64,000 bases of DNA from NCBI RefSeq assembly GCF_000143415.4, contig NW_003314325.1:336567-400566 (forward strand). Reading direction: 5' to 3'. This DNA is from Selaginella moellendorffii. Its lineage: Eukaryota; Plantae; Lycopodiophyta. The number at the start of each line of letters is the position of its first letter. Positions within the stretch are counted from its first letter, which is position 1. Below are positions 50,579 to 61,289 of the stretch, piece after piece. A model generated the notes under the pieces. It ran no database searches. It was not told the DNA's origin and saw only the letters and a program-made list of their open reading frames with translations. A program made the translations under genes and the position numbers.

Positions 50579-53500
50579 CCTGGTATGGGTACCCTTACTC
50601 CCCCACTTCCATCTTGAAGGGAAGGCATAAGCCCCTAGGAAGGGCGAGGACTAATGAGTTACAAGGTACTCAAATGGGGCATCATTCCATATGAGCCAAA
50701 AGCACCATAGTTGGTTTCCCTTCTAGGAGTGGGAGTTGCTCTTCAACACTTCCTTGGTGGCCCCTCCGGCACCACCTGAGTCCATGCTCACTCCCACCCA
50801 AGTCCCATAAGCCCAATTCTCAACCTTAAGTCATTTTAAAAGAACTATTGGAGAGTTCCTTTAAAATTGATTCTTGGACCTCAATACCCCTACTATTCTT
50901 TTGGAACCACATGTAGCCCCACCCCCCCCCTAGGAGATACATGCTTTGGGCTTTCACCCCACAACTTGTATTAGTATTCGGATTCAGTCTCAGATTTGAT
51001 TTCAGACTTAATCTCAGACTCGATTTGGGATTCGATCTTAGACTCAGTCTCAAACACAACCTCGGATTCTATTTCGGACTTGATCTCGGACTCGGATTCA
51101 GACCGATCTCGGAATCTCGGATCTCAGACGTAGTCTTGAACTTGATCTCGGAGTCAGTCTCGGACTTGATCTCAAACTCGGTCTTGCACTCAATTTTGGA
51201 CTCGGTCTCATCCAATGAACTCTTTATCATTTTGGTCGTGCTTTTGGGGATCCTTTAGCTTACAACACCTCGGGGAGGTGGTTCCTTACAACTCCATCAC
51301 TTATAGAAGAGGTTCAATGCCTACATTGAATGTCTTTTTTTAATTCTACGACTTGCTGACTATATCTTCAAGAGCCCCACTTAGCAGTGTGCCTAAGTTA
51401 GCCTCCCCTACTAAGAGCCCATGACAATAGAGTATAAGTGTTCCTATACCCCTCACCTTAGCATGCCCTAATATAGGGTTGGGACTTGAACCCACCCTTG
51501 CTTTACTAAAGGGTTGAGAATCGAACCTAACCTCTATAAAATATGTTTACCGATTCAACATCCTTGTGGGGAGTTAGGTGTAGTTCCCTACATATGGTCA
51601 ACCTAATTAACCCATGCTAATTAGCTTATTTTCAACACACCTTACATATAACATTGCTCAATTTCTCAAATAAATTTTTTAATTGAACTTTGCATAAGTA
51701 TATAAAGTTTTATCTTGCAAAACTTCCTCTACTAAATCTCGCATGTTTGCCAGATTCTCCTTTAATTCCCATGTTGCTTCACATGAAACTCCTTCACCTC
51801 GCATCATTGTCACTTGTTTTTGCATGCATTAAGGATAGCTTCGACTTCGTATTCCTCTTCCCCTTGAATCACTTTAGGTAAAAGTCTTACTTGGTCCTTG
51901 TAAAGCAAATCCTCAAAATACGGCTTAAGTAAGTTCGCATGGAACACAAGGTGCATCTTCCCTATCTCTCGAGGAAGTTAGAGGTGGTAAGCCACTTTAT
52001 CAATTCGAGCTTCAATCTTATAATGCCCCGTGAACCTGGAACTCAAGATCAGTTCATTTATAGGAATACGTACATTTTACCTTTGGGTCAACTTCCAACT
52101 GATCCCACTTGGTAACCTTATGTTCTTAGTATTCAACCACACCTTATCCCCAAGTTGGAACTTTACATCTTAATGCTTCTAGTTTGCGTATTTAGTTTGC
52201 ATTTGTTGAGCCTGTTCTAAGAATCCCTCACTAGAATCCAAATGTTAAGTCTTTCTGCCGTGAATGCCTCCACTGCAAGTAACTCTCTATAATACTTGGC
52301 CATGCCGAGTTCTATAAGACCTTTAATAACTCGCCTATTAATGACTTCTCATAGACTCACCCCGATATTTGAATGTGGTGAGTTGTTATAACACATTTCC
52401 ACAAGTCCCAAATGATTTACCCAATTATTCTAGTCTCTGGAGACATAACATCACATAATCCTCCACTTACTTATTCACCCTTTCCATTTATTCATCTATC
52501 AAAAAGTGTTATTGCCATCTGTAGCACATGTGATCATGGGATAAGATTTGGATATACTATCACTGTGGATCCTTGGAACCTTGGGGGATAAATGGGGATA
52601 AAATAGCCACTAAGAGTTTTCTCATCAAGCAATTGCCCCTTTTCCAGTTGGCTTAAGGGGAGAGAGATAAAGTGTATTACACCATCAGACTTGACTTAGG
52701 CTATGTTAAATTTTAATTTGGTGCAATATTGTTCCAAAAGAGTTCTTTAGAACGTACTAGTGAAGATCTTATCTCGATCTAAGATAATTTCTTTTAGCCT
52801 TCCTCGCACTCGAACCACTTGTTCAAAGAACAATTTCACCACACCTTCTACATCCACCTCTATTGTGGTGGGTATGAAATATGCCATCTTCAAAAACTGA
52901 TCCACCACCACAAATATCACATCAAACCCCTCACTTAGGGGGAGTCCTGTGATGAAGTCTATCATAATACATTTTCACGGACAATCTGGAATTTGAAGGC
53001 TTTGTAACAAGCCCCCACTAGCCTTAGTCATGGCTTTAACTTGCTAACATATTGGATATGTCTTTACATAATTTTAAATGCCTTTAGCCATATCTAGCTA
53101 ATGATACTTTCTCTTGAGTAAGACTATCGTCTTGGGCACTCCGCTGTGTCCCACCAGAGGTTCATCATTTACACCATGTTCAAATTTAAATCCTTCCTTA
53201 GTAGCCTTAGAAGTGTGCACACTTGACCTAACCTTGCAATGCACTAGAGATGTCAATATAAGCTTTCCAAATATACTCACTCCAAGGTACTTAGAACACT
53301 AATAGAAACACACTTGTTGTTCAAACAAAAGCACACACATCCACATCCACATCCACATAACAAATATGAGCACACTCCAATCCAAGCCACACTTAATATG
53401 CTATTAAGCAACAAAACACTTTTTACTTTAAAGCACATTCCATGAAACATTAAATGCAAAAATCCTTGAGGGGTGGGATGAGGCCTAACCTAACTCTCAT

Positions 53501-54600
53501 TCCTTATTGCTTCCCACTCTTATTCTCTAGTTCTAAGATTCTTATCATTTTGAAATCCTTTACATGTGTTGTCGCTTGTTATTGTACAATCCTTGCCCTT
53601 AACTAAGATGTATATTTAATTTGCAAGCTTACATATTGATGGATTCCCTACTAAAATCTTTATAGACACACTTCCAATCCTTTTACTTGAAGTCTTAATA
53701 GGAGGAATCCCCTTTAAAATCCTTTTAACCTTAACCTTATGAACCCCTGACATTGATTCGTAAGAAAACATTTTTGAAGGATTTTTCTTTTAAAATTCCA
53801 TCCTTAGCTCTTGCTACTTGGGCATGATCCCTTACTAGGTTCTTTATTATTGCATACTCTATCTTTATGCTTGTACCTTTGGCCCTCTATGCACTAATCC
53901 TAGCCTTAATAAGGACCATTTAGAACTTATCCAAACTTTCCTCACTCATAAATTCTTTGTCTGCATCCTTACCACCTAGCCCTTCATCATTTGATGAAGC
54001 TTTGAGCTCCTTAGCTTATGTCACAACCTTATAAATAAAAAAGGTATATGCATCCCTTCTTTATGCTTTCTATAGCTTTCTTCATCTCTAAAAGCCTCCC
54101 TCAAGCATCTTTATTGTTGATGACAACACTTATTTTTAATTGTTTGGGACCCTCTCGAGATGAGAATTTGCCTTCTCCGTGATCACTCAATTGGCCTGGA
54201 TAAAAAGTAAACTTGGAGAAAGATAATCAATAAAATGAAGTTACACACCTCATTGAATTCCATGGGCAATCCACTGGCCAGTCAATGTGCTCATTTCTTG
54301 CCCATCCTCGTAGCCTCATCCATGATCTGGTCCATTGGGATTCTCCCGTTGTTGTTGTTGCTCTTGCTGCTCCCGCTCCTATTGCTCCCGCCCCTGTTGC
54401 TCCCACCCTTGCTTGACTCAGAATCTCTCCACAAGTGGTATACTTCAATAGGCTTGCTCACAATCCAACCAACAGCCTTGTAAAAAACAATTCATCTTTC
54501 TCTTCTTTGCAAACACAATTCCTCTCTTCTCTAGAAAACCTAGAAGAGAATGAGAGAGCAAGAATTTAAATGAAGTGGGAGTCTAGTGATAACAAACAAT
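50579..54600 (-). mobile_element. Decayed Ty3/gypsy with a repeat-bearing 3' LTR starting at 51290 (family of the 18319 solo LTR); extent approximate
   Basis: Integrase remnants MIDFITGLPLSEGFDVIFVVVD and GHSGVPKT; GAGTCC-type array at 50980-51210; G-run block homologous to 19380-19490. Confidence 0.7.
52520..52681 (+). mobile_element. Solo LTR of the 21.6-kb TRIM family; TSD CCATC
   Basis: 162 bp, TG...CA, near-identical to 22482-22643; ccatc on both flanks. Confidence 0.92.
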
Positions 54601-55344
54601 TCAAATTTATTATATATTCACAAGTAAGCTCTATTTCGTTAAAGTGGGATTTATTCAGTAAAATGGGACTAGGTACAAATTTTCAAGTATTTGAAAATGA
54701 TGTGAAATTATATGTTTTTTGTCCAGGGGCTAGACATATCTGGGGCATGGTGACTAGCGCGGTGACTTTGTGTCCAGACTGAGTCCATCTGGTTGTATAA
54801 TAAATCTCATTGTCAAGGTGAACAAGCCGAATCTGAAGCTAAAGAAGAGCGATGGCATGCGCGCACACACTATTTGTTTGTTCATTGAGCGTGTGGTGAG
54901 CTTTCCAAGATGAACGTCATTCCTATTAGCCAGACATATAACTTAATGGTGAGAACATTTAAATATTATTCAATGTTATCTTTTTCTAACGAATCTAATT
55001 GTGAAGGCGTAGCAAGAGGCATTGCTAGTCTGGAGAAGTCATTTAACTCATTTGACCCTTAGTGTATTTTCATGAAACTAAATAACATTCATATTATTAA
55101 GGAATTTCTCTAGTACCTTTTTTTTACGACATAGAGGCTTGCATTTCTTTCAAAGGTGATTTAGTAAAAGGCCTGAGGGCACATGCCATTCTATTTCTCA
55201 GACCGGTATTAAGATATACTAGTGCAAAGGGAAAAAGGTATTTGGTGATCAAGTAAATTGCATGAGGGCACACGCCATTATAAGCCTAAGCGCTAGTGGA
55301 CACCTCCTTTTTGGTGTCACGCCTCACGCCATCACGCCATGCCA

Positions 55345-58300
55345 TCACGCCTCCTCTGATTCAGATTCGGATTGTTCACCTTGAAATAAAATACATTAAA
55401 AACTTAGTAAAGGAATATTAATGAATCTCACCTTGAACCCGGGTTATGAATGCTCTTGCTGCATCTCTTGCATGGTTTGGCAAGGTGATGGTGGCACTCT
55501 ACTTCCGCATCCAACTATGCACAACATTATCCACCGATATGCTCATGCTGGGATCCCTTGGATTCAGCACCCATCTCTTTTCTAGGCAATCCTTTGTATA
55601 TCCGGAACTTGGCTTGAACCACTCCACAGTTACATTGAAGGAGTTAGTTTCCGCGTCCTCCTCTGCATCAGTGATGCAGCGGCCCACCCATATCATTTGT
55701 TTTTTATTACTGGGTCTGGCAAGCACGACCATTCCTTTGCAGACCTGTACTGGATTGAATGCTGAATCTGGCTTCTTGTTCCTCGGCCCACAATAGTGAT
55801 CCTCAACATCGTTATCTGTCACTGCATTTCCAGAGGACATTGTTCCGCTACTATCTGGTGCTCTGGGTTCTGGCCAAAAGGACTCTTCCAATTCTTCATA
55901 TACAACCGGCCCATTTTGGATAGTAGATATAATCTTCTCCCAGTATTCGAGCAAAGGCTTGCACCTCTTAAAATAGGATTCTCCACCAAACACCAACCCC
56001 CTCTTCCAGAAGGCAATATGCTGTCTAATCCCGGCCACTATACTTTCCTGGTCTTTGAGTCCATCTGGGTGCATCGGCCGTGGGGAACCCTGAGGAATCA
56101 TAGGTTCCCCAGTTATGGGATCTCTCTTGAAGAGTTTAATGCCGTCCACTGGCAGCCACAGTGTGTCCCATTCTCTCATCTTGTACCTCATCACTAGAGC
56201 ACCGTCACGCATGCTGAAATGAAAATGAAGAGGCTTGGAGTGGCCAATCAGCGTTTCGGATCCGTCCCTGATGTAGCCTCTTACAAACCCCTTAAAGTCT
56301 GGAACCTCTGTCACAAGTGCAGCTTCAACAGTGCCTTTGATGCAATTTTGGAATTCATCGTAGAGTTGTGGGAGGGTCAGGACATTGGATCGCCGGAGGG
56401 ACTCTGCCAGGTGACTGAACATGGCATCGACATCTTCATGAGTGTGCCCAACCATGAGAAAGCCAAGTGTAACCATTTCAAATATGCCTTTGGCAACAAG
56501 CATCGCCAAGTACGCGAAGACGTACATGTTTTTGTTCTCACTGCCAGCATTGTCTGTTTGGAGCAGAAGATGGGGTGGAAGGCCACATTGGCCGCAAGAA
56601 CTTCCTTGAGATTTTGCTTCGTTTGGATGAGGCTGTGCATTCACCGGGCGACCAGCCTCGTCGGAATGGCATGAGGCCTCACGTGATAACCCTACAATCT
56701 GACGGCCAACATATTCACTGGGATGGCATGGGGCCCCACGCGATACTACAAGCCTTTGCTCCTCCTCTAACTAAACCCTGTATGGGGTTCGATCGACAAG
56801 GGCCTTATGCAAGGGTTGACCATTCAACTCAGTCTGCACACTTTGCAGAGACCTTAAGTGTTTTGCTAGGGACGCAATCATCATGTTTGCACCCCCACCA
56901 CCCCATAGAGGTACAAAGAAGTTCCCATAATTCTAGGCACCATGCCCATGAGTGATTATGCCAAACAGAGACACAGGCAGCTGCATGGATGAAGAGATTG
57001 CCTTGGGGGCAGGATTGAGTCGTGGTAAGCACGTCTTTTTCTGGTCCATTTTGTCGTGGATGATGCAGAGGTAAGAGTCAGGTCTCTCCATGGAGAGAAT
57101 CCTGTTATGATAATATGCAGTCCTGCAGCTTCTCTGCTTGATGTTGTGGTCGAGCCGCCTTCTAACCAACGTCTCTCGCTCTTGAGCGCTGCAAGAATTC
57201 TTCGACAAAGCCATTTTAATAGCAGTGCACTCCTCACACTTTGAAAAGCTGGAGTACTTTCCTATACTCACATCCCTGAACCTGTTGCTCCACAATCTAC
57301 TAAATCTAGATTGGCTCAGCTTCCTGTAGCCATTACTCTAGAGTTCTCGATTCACATCTTCCAATATGGCCCCCTTGGTATACATGGAAGGGAGAACTCG
57401 TTGGGTGTCTCGTGTTCCATCTTCCAAGAGGCGGGTTTTATGTGGTTGCTGCTCGCTACATGTCTCGACAAACCTCTTGAAGATTGCCTCTCCATATACA
57501 ACATGACCCCTGGTTTTGTGCGTACCATCGTTCCCATGGACTGCCTATTGAACCCTTTGTTCCTCGAACTCAGTTTTGATTCTGTAGAATGTGCTTTGAG
57601 GGACTCCATAAATGATTCTCCATGCCTTCATGCAGACCAAACCCCTCTGGAAGACCATGCCCCCCACCTGATGTTCTGAAGCATCAACAGATGATCGTAA
57701 TGCCTCATACACAAAATTGCGAGCTGCCTTCCAGGACAATGTCTTGTATCTTGCTCTCTCCTCTTCAATAGCATCCCAATCAGCATGTTGACAGCACCTC
57801 CTCTTGCAACAAGCAACTGTCGAGACCATTCGAACCTCCATCGCCATTTTCTGCCTTTTTGGTTCGTTGCTCAGATCCCTTTAGCTGCGCTTTAGGAAGG
57901 TGTACTTTCTTTTCCCATGAAGAGATGTTCTGTCATCAGTTGTAGTGGTGTTTGATTGTGAATCCTTCACATTCTAAAACACTAAATGCCTCAATTTCCA
58001 CCGCACAATGCTTCCAATAGTCAGACTGTTTTCTTCTGTGTCAACAACCTCTAAAATCGCAACTCTAATATCATCCCAGCCCAATTCTTGATTAGCAACC
58101 GCATCTCTTGGATCGACAACTGTGGCTAAGCCCTCAGCTACCACCTCCCCCTCGGGGTTGTTTAGAAACACCTTTGCCTGAATCCATGTAGCACGGTTCT
58201 TAAGATCCACGGAGGGAACATGCGTCGCACTTGCGCTGTCCCCAACATCTGTTTTCTTCTGTAGATTTTTCAAGGCAACAACAACATTTACCCCGACGAC

Positions 58301-58486
58301 TATCTCTCCTTGTTCAATAGCGACCACATTCCCATCGAAGATAGTCTTTACTGATACAGCAGCATTGCCTTCCCCAAGCCTTTGACAGTGTATAATAAAG
58401 TTCTGATCCATAGACACAAGGGTCCCTTTTGCAACTCTCTTCCCACCATTCAAAATGTAAACCTTTTCCCCAACCCTGAAGGCCAT
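55345..58486 (-). pseudogene. Sola-like DDD transposase with N-terminal tandem beta-barrel domains and a C-terminal SH3/Tudor-like domain; premature stops and frameshifts
   Basis: CCKRRCC...VCMKAWRIIYGVPQSTFY; FSKCEEC...H; IIHDKMDQKKT; LQTDNAGSENKN; FLMVGHTHEDVDAMFS; last exon GEQSESESEEA* after intron ~55431-55380. Confidence 0.75.
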
Positions 58487-58839
58487 TCTGAAAGTGCAGA
58501 AAAGAAGTTAAGACCATACAAAAAATGATTGGAGAATGGCCTAAATCATAACATACCAAATAGCATGAGGCCACATGCCATTATTCAAACATGCTATTGA
58601 CACCCACGTGAAATTTCGCATTCACAAAATTGGCATGAGGCCTCATGCCATCTTGATATACACACAGCTGAAGGCAAGTAAAAACATATATGACAATACG
58701 CTAGCCATGAAATTGCAAGGGCCCAAGATGGCATGTGGCCTCATGCCATTTCTAAATGTGGTCCTAAGCCATTCCATGGTGAACATACCAGGAAGCACAA
58801 GTGCCGAATATCAAGAGGAAGCGGTAGCCACACCAAAGA

Positions 58840-58970
58840 CAGTGCCGCTCGCAACACCGCAACTACTCGTAGCGCCGCTCGCAACACTGCAATTGCTCGT
58901 AGCGCCGCTCGCACAAACTGCCACTCGCATAAACTGCCGCTCGCAATGGCGCTCGCAATGCCGCAACCGC
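58840..58970. repeat. 30-bp CpG-rich tandem repeat (agcgccgctcgcaacac...), about 3 units plus degenerate tail
   Basis: Directly visible. Confidence 0.8.
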
Positions 58971-59772
58971 TTGTAGACGCATAAACCACAGCTCACAACG
59001 CCGCTTACACAAGCAGCGCTCACTGCGCTCAGCGGAACCAAGAACACGGCACACAAAAATGATAGACCTAGGAATGAGTTCGAGAATTCAAAAATAACAC
59101 ACGCTTGAACGTCACATCAAATCCTCTGACAAACCAGATCTTATGATTCCTCTGACAAATTTCAAACTGAGTAGCTTCTAGACTTTGTTATCGGAGGTTG
59201 AACTTTGTCACATCATGTCCTTGCCTCGATCCAGCTGTGCCATGTCAGTGATTCGAACTTTGCCATGCCGTGTCAGCGATCCGCGCCAAGATTATTCGCC
59301 GTGTAAAGGAATAATTATGCTGTGTGTGTACGTCCATTTATGGCAATATAAGGCCACACGCCATTCAAAGAATAATGCTAGTCGAGCATTTTTTGGTGCA
59401 TTTTTGGGTTCAAAATTGCATGAGCCCACACGCTATAAAGTTTACCTGTACCAAAAATAGAAACAGCTTTATTTACTTGGGAATTTAAGTGGTTGAGGCA
59501 TTTTTAAATTTACAAACACATGCCCTACTTACATTCCTTTGGTTGCTTAAAATTCAAAAATATTATAAACCTTTCTTTTTGCATTTTCAATGTTTTCAAT
59601 TATGGTTTTTGATTTTCGCAGGACCAGCCTAGTAATCTATTTGCATCCCGTCATGTTTATAGCTAGCTTTCGTTTGTCCCCTTCGCTAACCTGAGATACA
59701 TCTGCTCGGCATCTACCTCTTATAGCATTTGCCCAGAAAGGGCATCTTTCTTCACGCAGCATTTGCCACATG

Positions 59773-59798
59773 TTTAGGGTTTAGGGTTTAGGGTTTAG
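59773..59798. promoter_or_regulatory. (TTTAGGG)3.7 telo-box / short interstitial telomeric tract
   Basis: tttagggtttagggtttagggtttag. Confidence 0.7.
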
Positions 59799-61289
59799 CA
59801 ATTCAGTAGCTTGATAAACATGCAAATACAGAACTTGATGCAAAATCCTTTGATATGTCACAATGCCCCTAGGACCATAAACACATTTCAATAGAGAGGG
59901 TCCTTTCATTTCATAACTCCTTACGTAGATCTTGGTGAAACCAGAGTTAGTGAAGTTAGTTTCTTGTGATCCCACATCTGATTGTGATGTCCCTTTACAG
60001 TGTCGATGGAAAGGTCAATGCACACCAAACTGTAGAATCTTGGAGCAAAATAACGGTCGGATCTATGGCAAATGCCCCTGAAACATTGTAAGGCTTGTGT
60101 GGTCTCATGTGGCGTCCAATCGAGATGCTTCTTTGCAGGGTCATCAAGAAGGACATTGTATACCATTCTGTAAAATCTAGTTGCGATCTAACGGTTGGAT
60201 CTCCAGAAAACTCAAAACAATCTCGCGCATGTCAGAATATTCTAGGAATATACTCCTATGTGCCCTTGAAAATGGCATGCAGCCCCACGCCATTCAAGAG
60301 ATAACGCCAGATGACGCCGAGCATTTTTTGGTGCATTTTTTGGGATCAAAATTGCATGAGCCCACACGCTTGAACGTCACATCAAATCCTCTGACAATTT
60401 ATTTAGCTGAACATCTGGCATTTTTGGAAATACAAGATGCTTTGGAATATCCAATCATGCATGGTATAAATATAGCGAGGGTATTAAATGATATCCCAAT
60501 CATGATCTTTCTTTTGGATTTCACGTGCATGCAGTCCGAGGAATGATGACGTTGCGGATTTCTTTTGGATTTCACGTGCATGCATGTGCGCGGCGATCCA
60601 GAAATTAATGGTGGCGCCCAAGTCCGAGGAATGATGATGTGGCAGGATTACCAACCGTCGTGACATTTCACGCGTGTGAGGTTAGGTTTTGCATTTTGCT
60701 TCGTACTCGCGCTCGCACACTCGCGCTTGCATCACACTCCCACTCGCGATCACGCTCACATTCGCGCTCATCTACCTTCTCTATAGGTTTCTCGTGTGCA
60801 TCGGCGTCCACTCGCGCTTGCATCACACTCGCGCTCGCATCGCGCTCGTGTGCATCGGCGTCCACTTCAAGACACACCCAGTTTGTAACTTCGCCGCCAA
60901 CTCCGCCGCCCACTCCGCCACCCACACGCAGCCCACTTGGCGTCCCGGGAGATTTCAGCGCCACTCTCCAACTGTAAGTGGCAGAGTAGCCTTGCTGCTA
61001 CGATCCGCTGCACACACAGTGCACATTCACCAGCGAGTTCGGCCTCGATTGTCACACCTCCACTCGGCTTCAAATGGTAAGTCTTTTAGGCCAAGTTGAA
61101 AATGGCATGAGGCCACATGCCATTCAGTAGCAACATTGGCATGCACCGATTGGGCTCTCGAGTGCAGTCCGGTTACAGATGGTGTGTAGCCTCACGCCAT
61201 CTTAGGATGCAGCCTCAAGACATCTGATGCAGTGGTGAATGGCGTGTGGCTTCACGTTATTTCCAGTTGCAAGCTTTTCATCTGTCAGC

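Noticed and set aside
54700-54800. Left terminal inverted repeat of the large DNA transposon
   Set aside because: The partner end lies outside the window, so no TIR or TSD can be demonstrated
59773-59798. Chromosome end or healed break
   Set aside because: Only ~3.7 units; similar short telo-boxes precede LITAF (~2443) and TFB2 (~37804), consistent with promoter motifs
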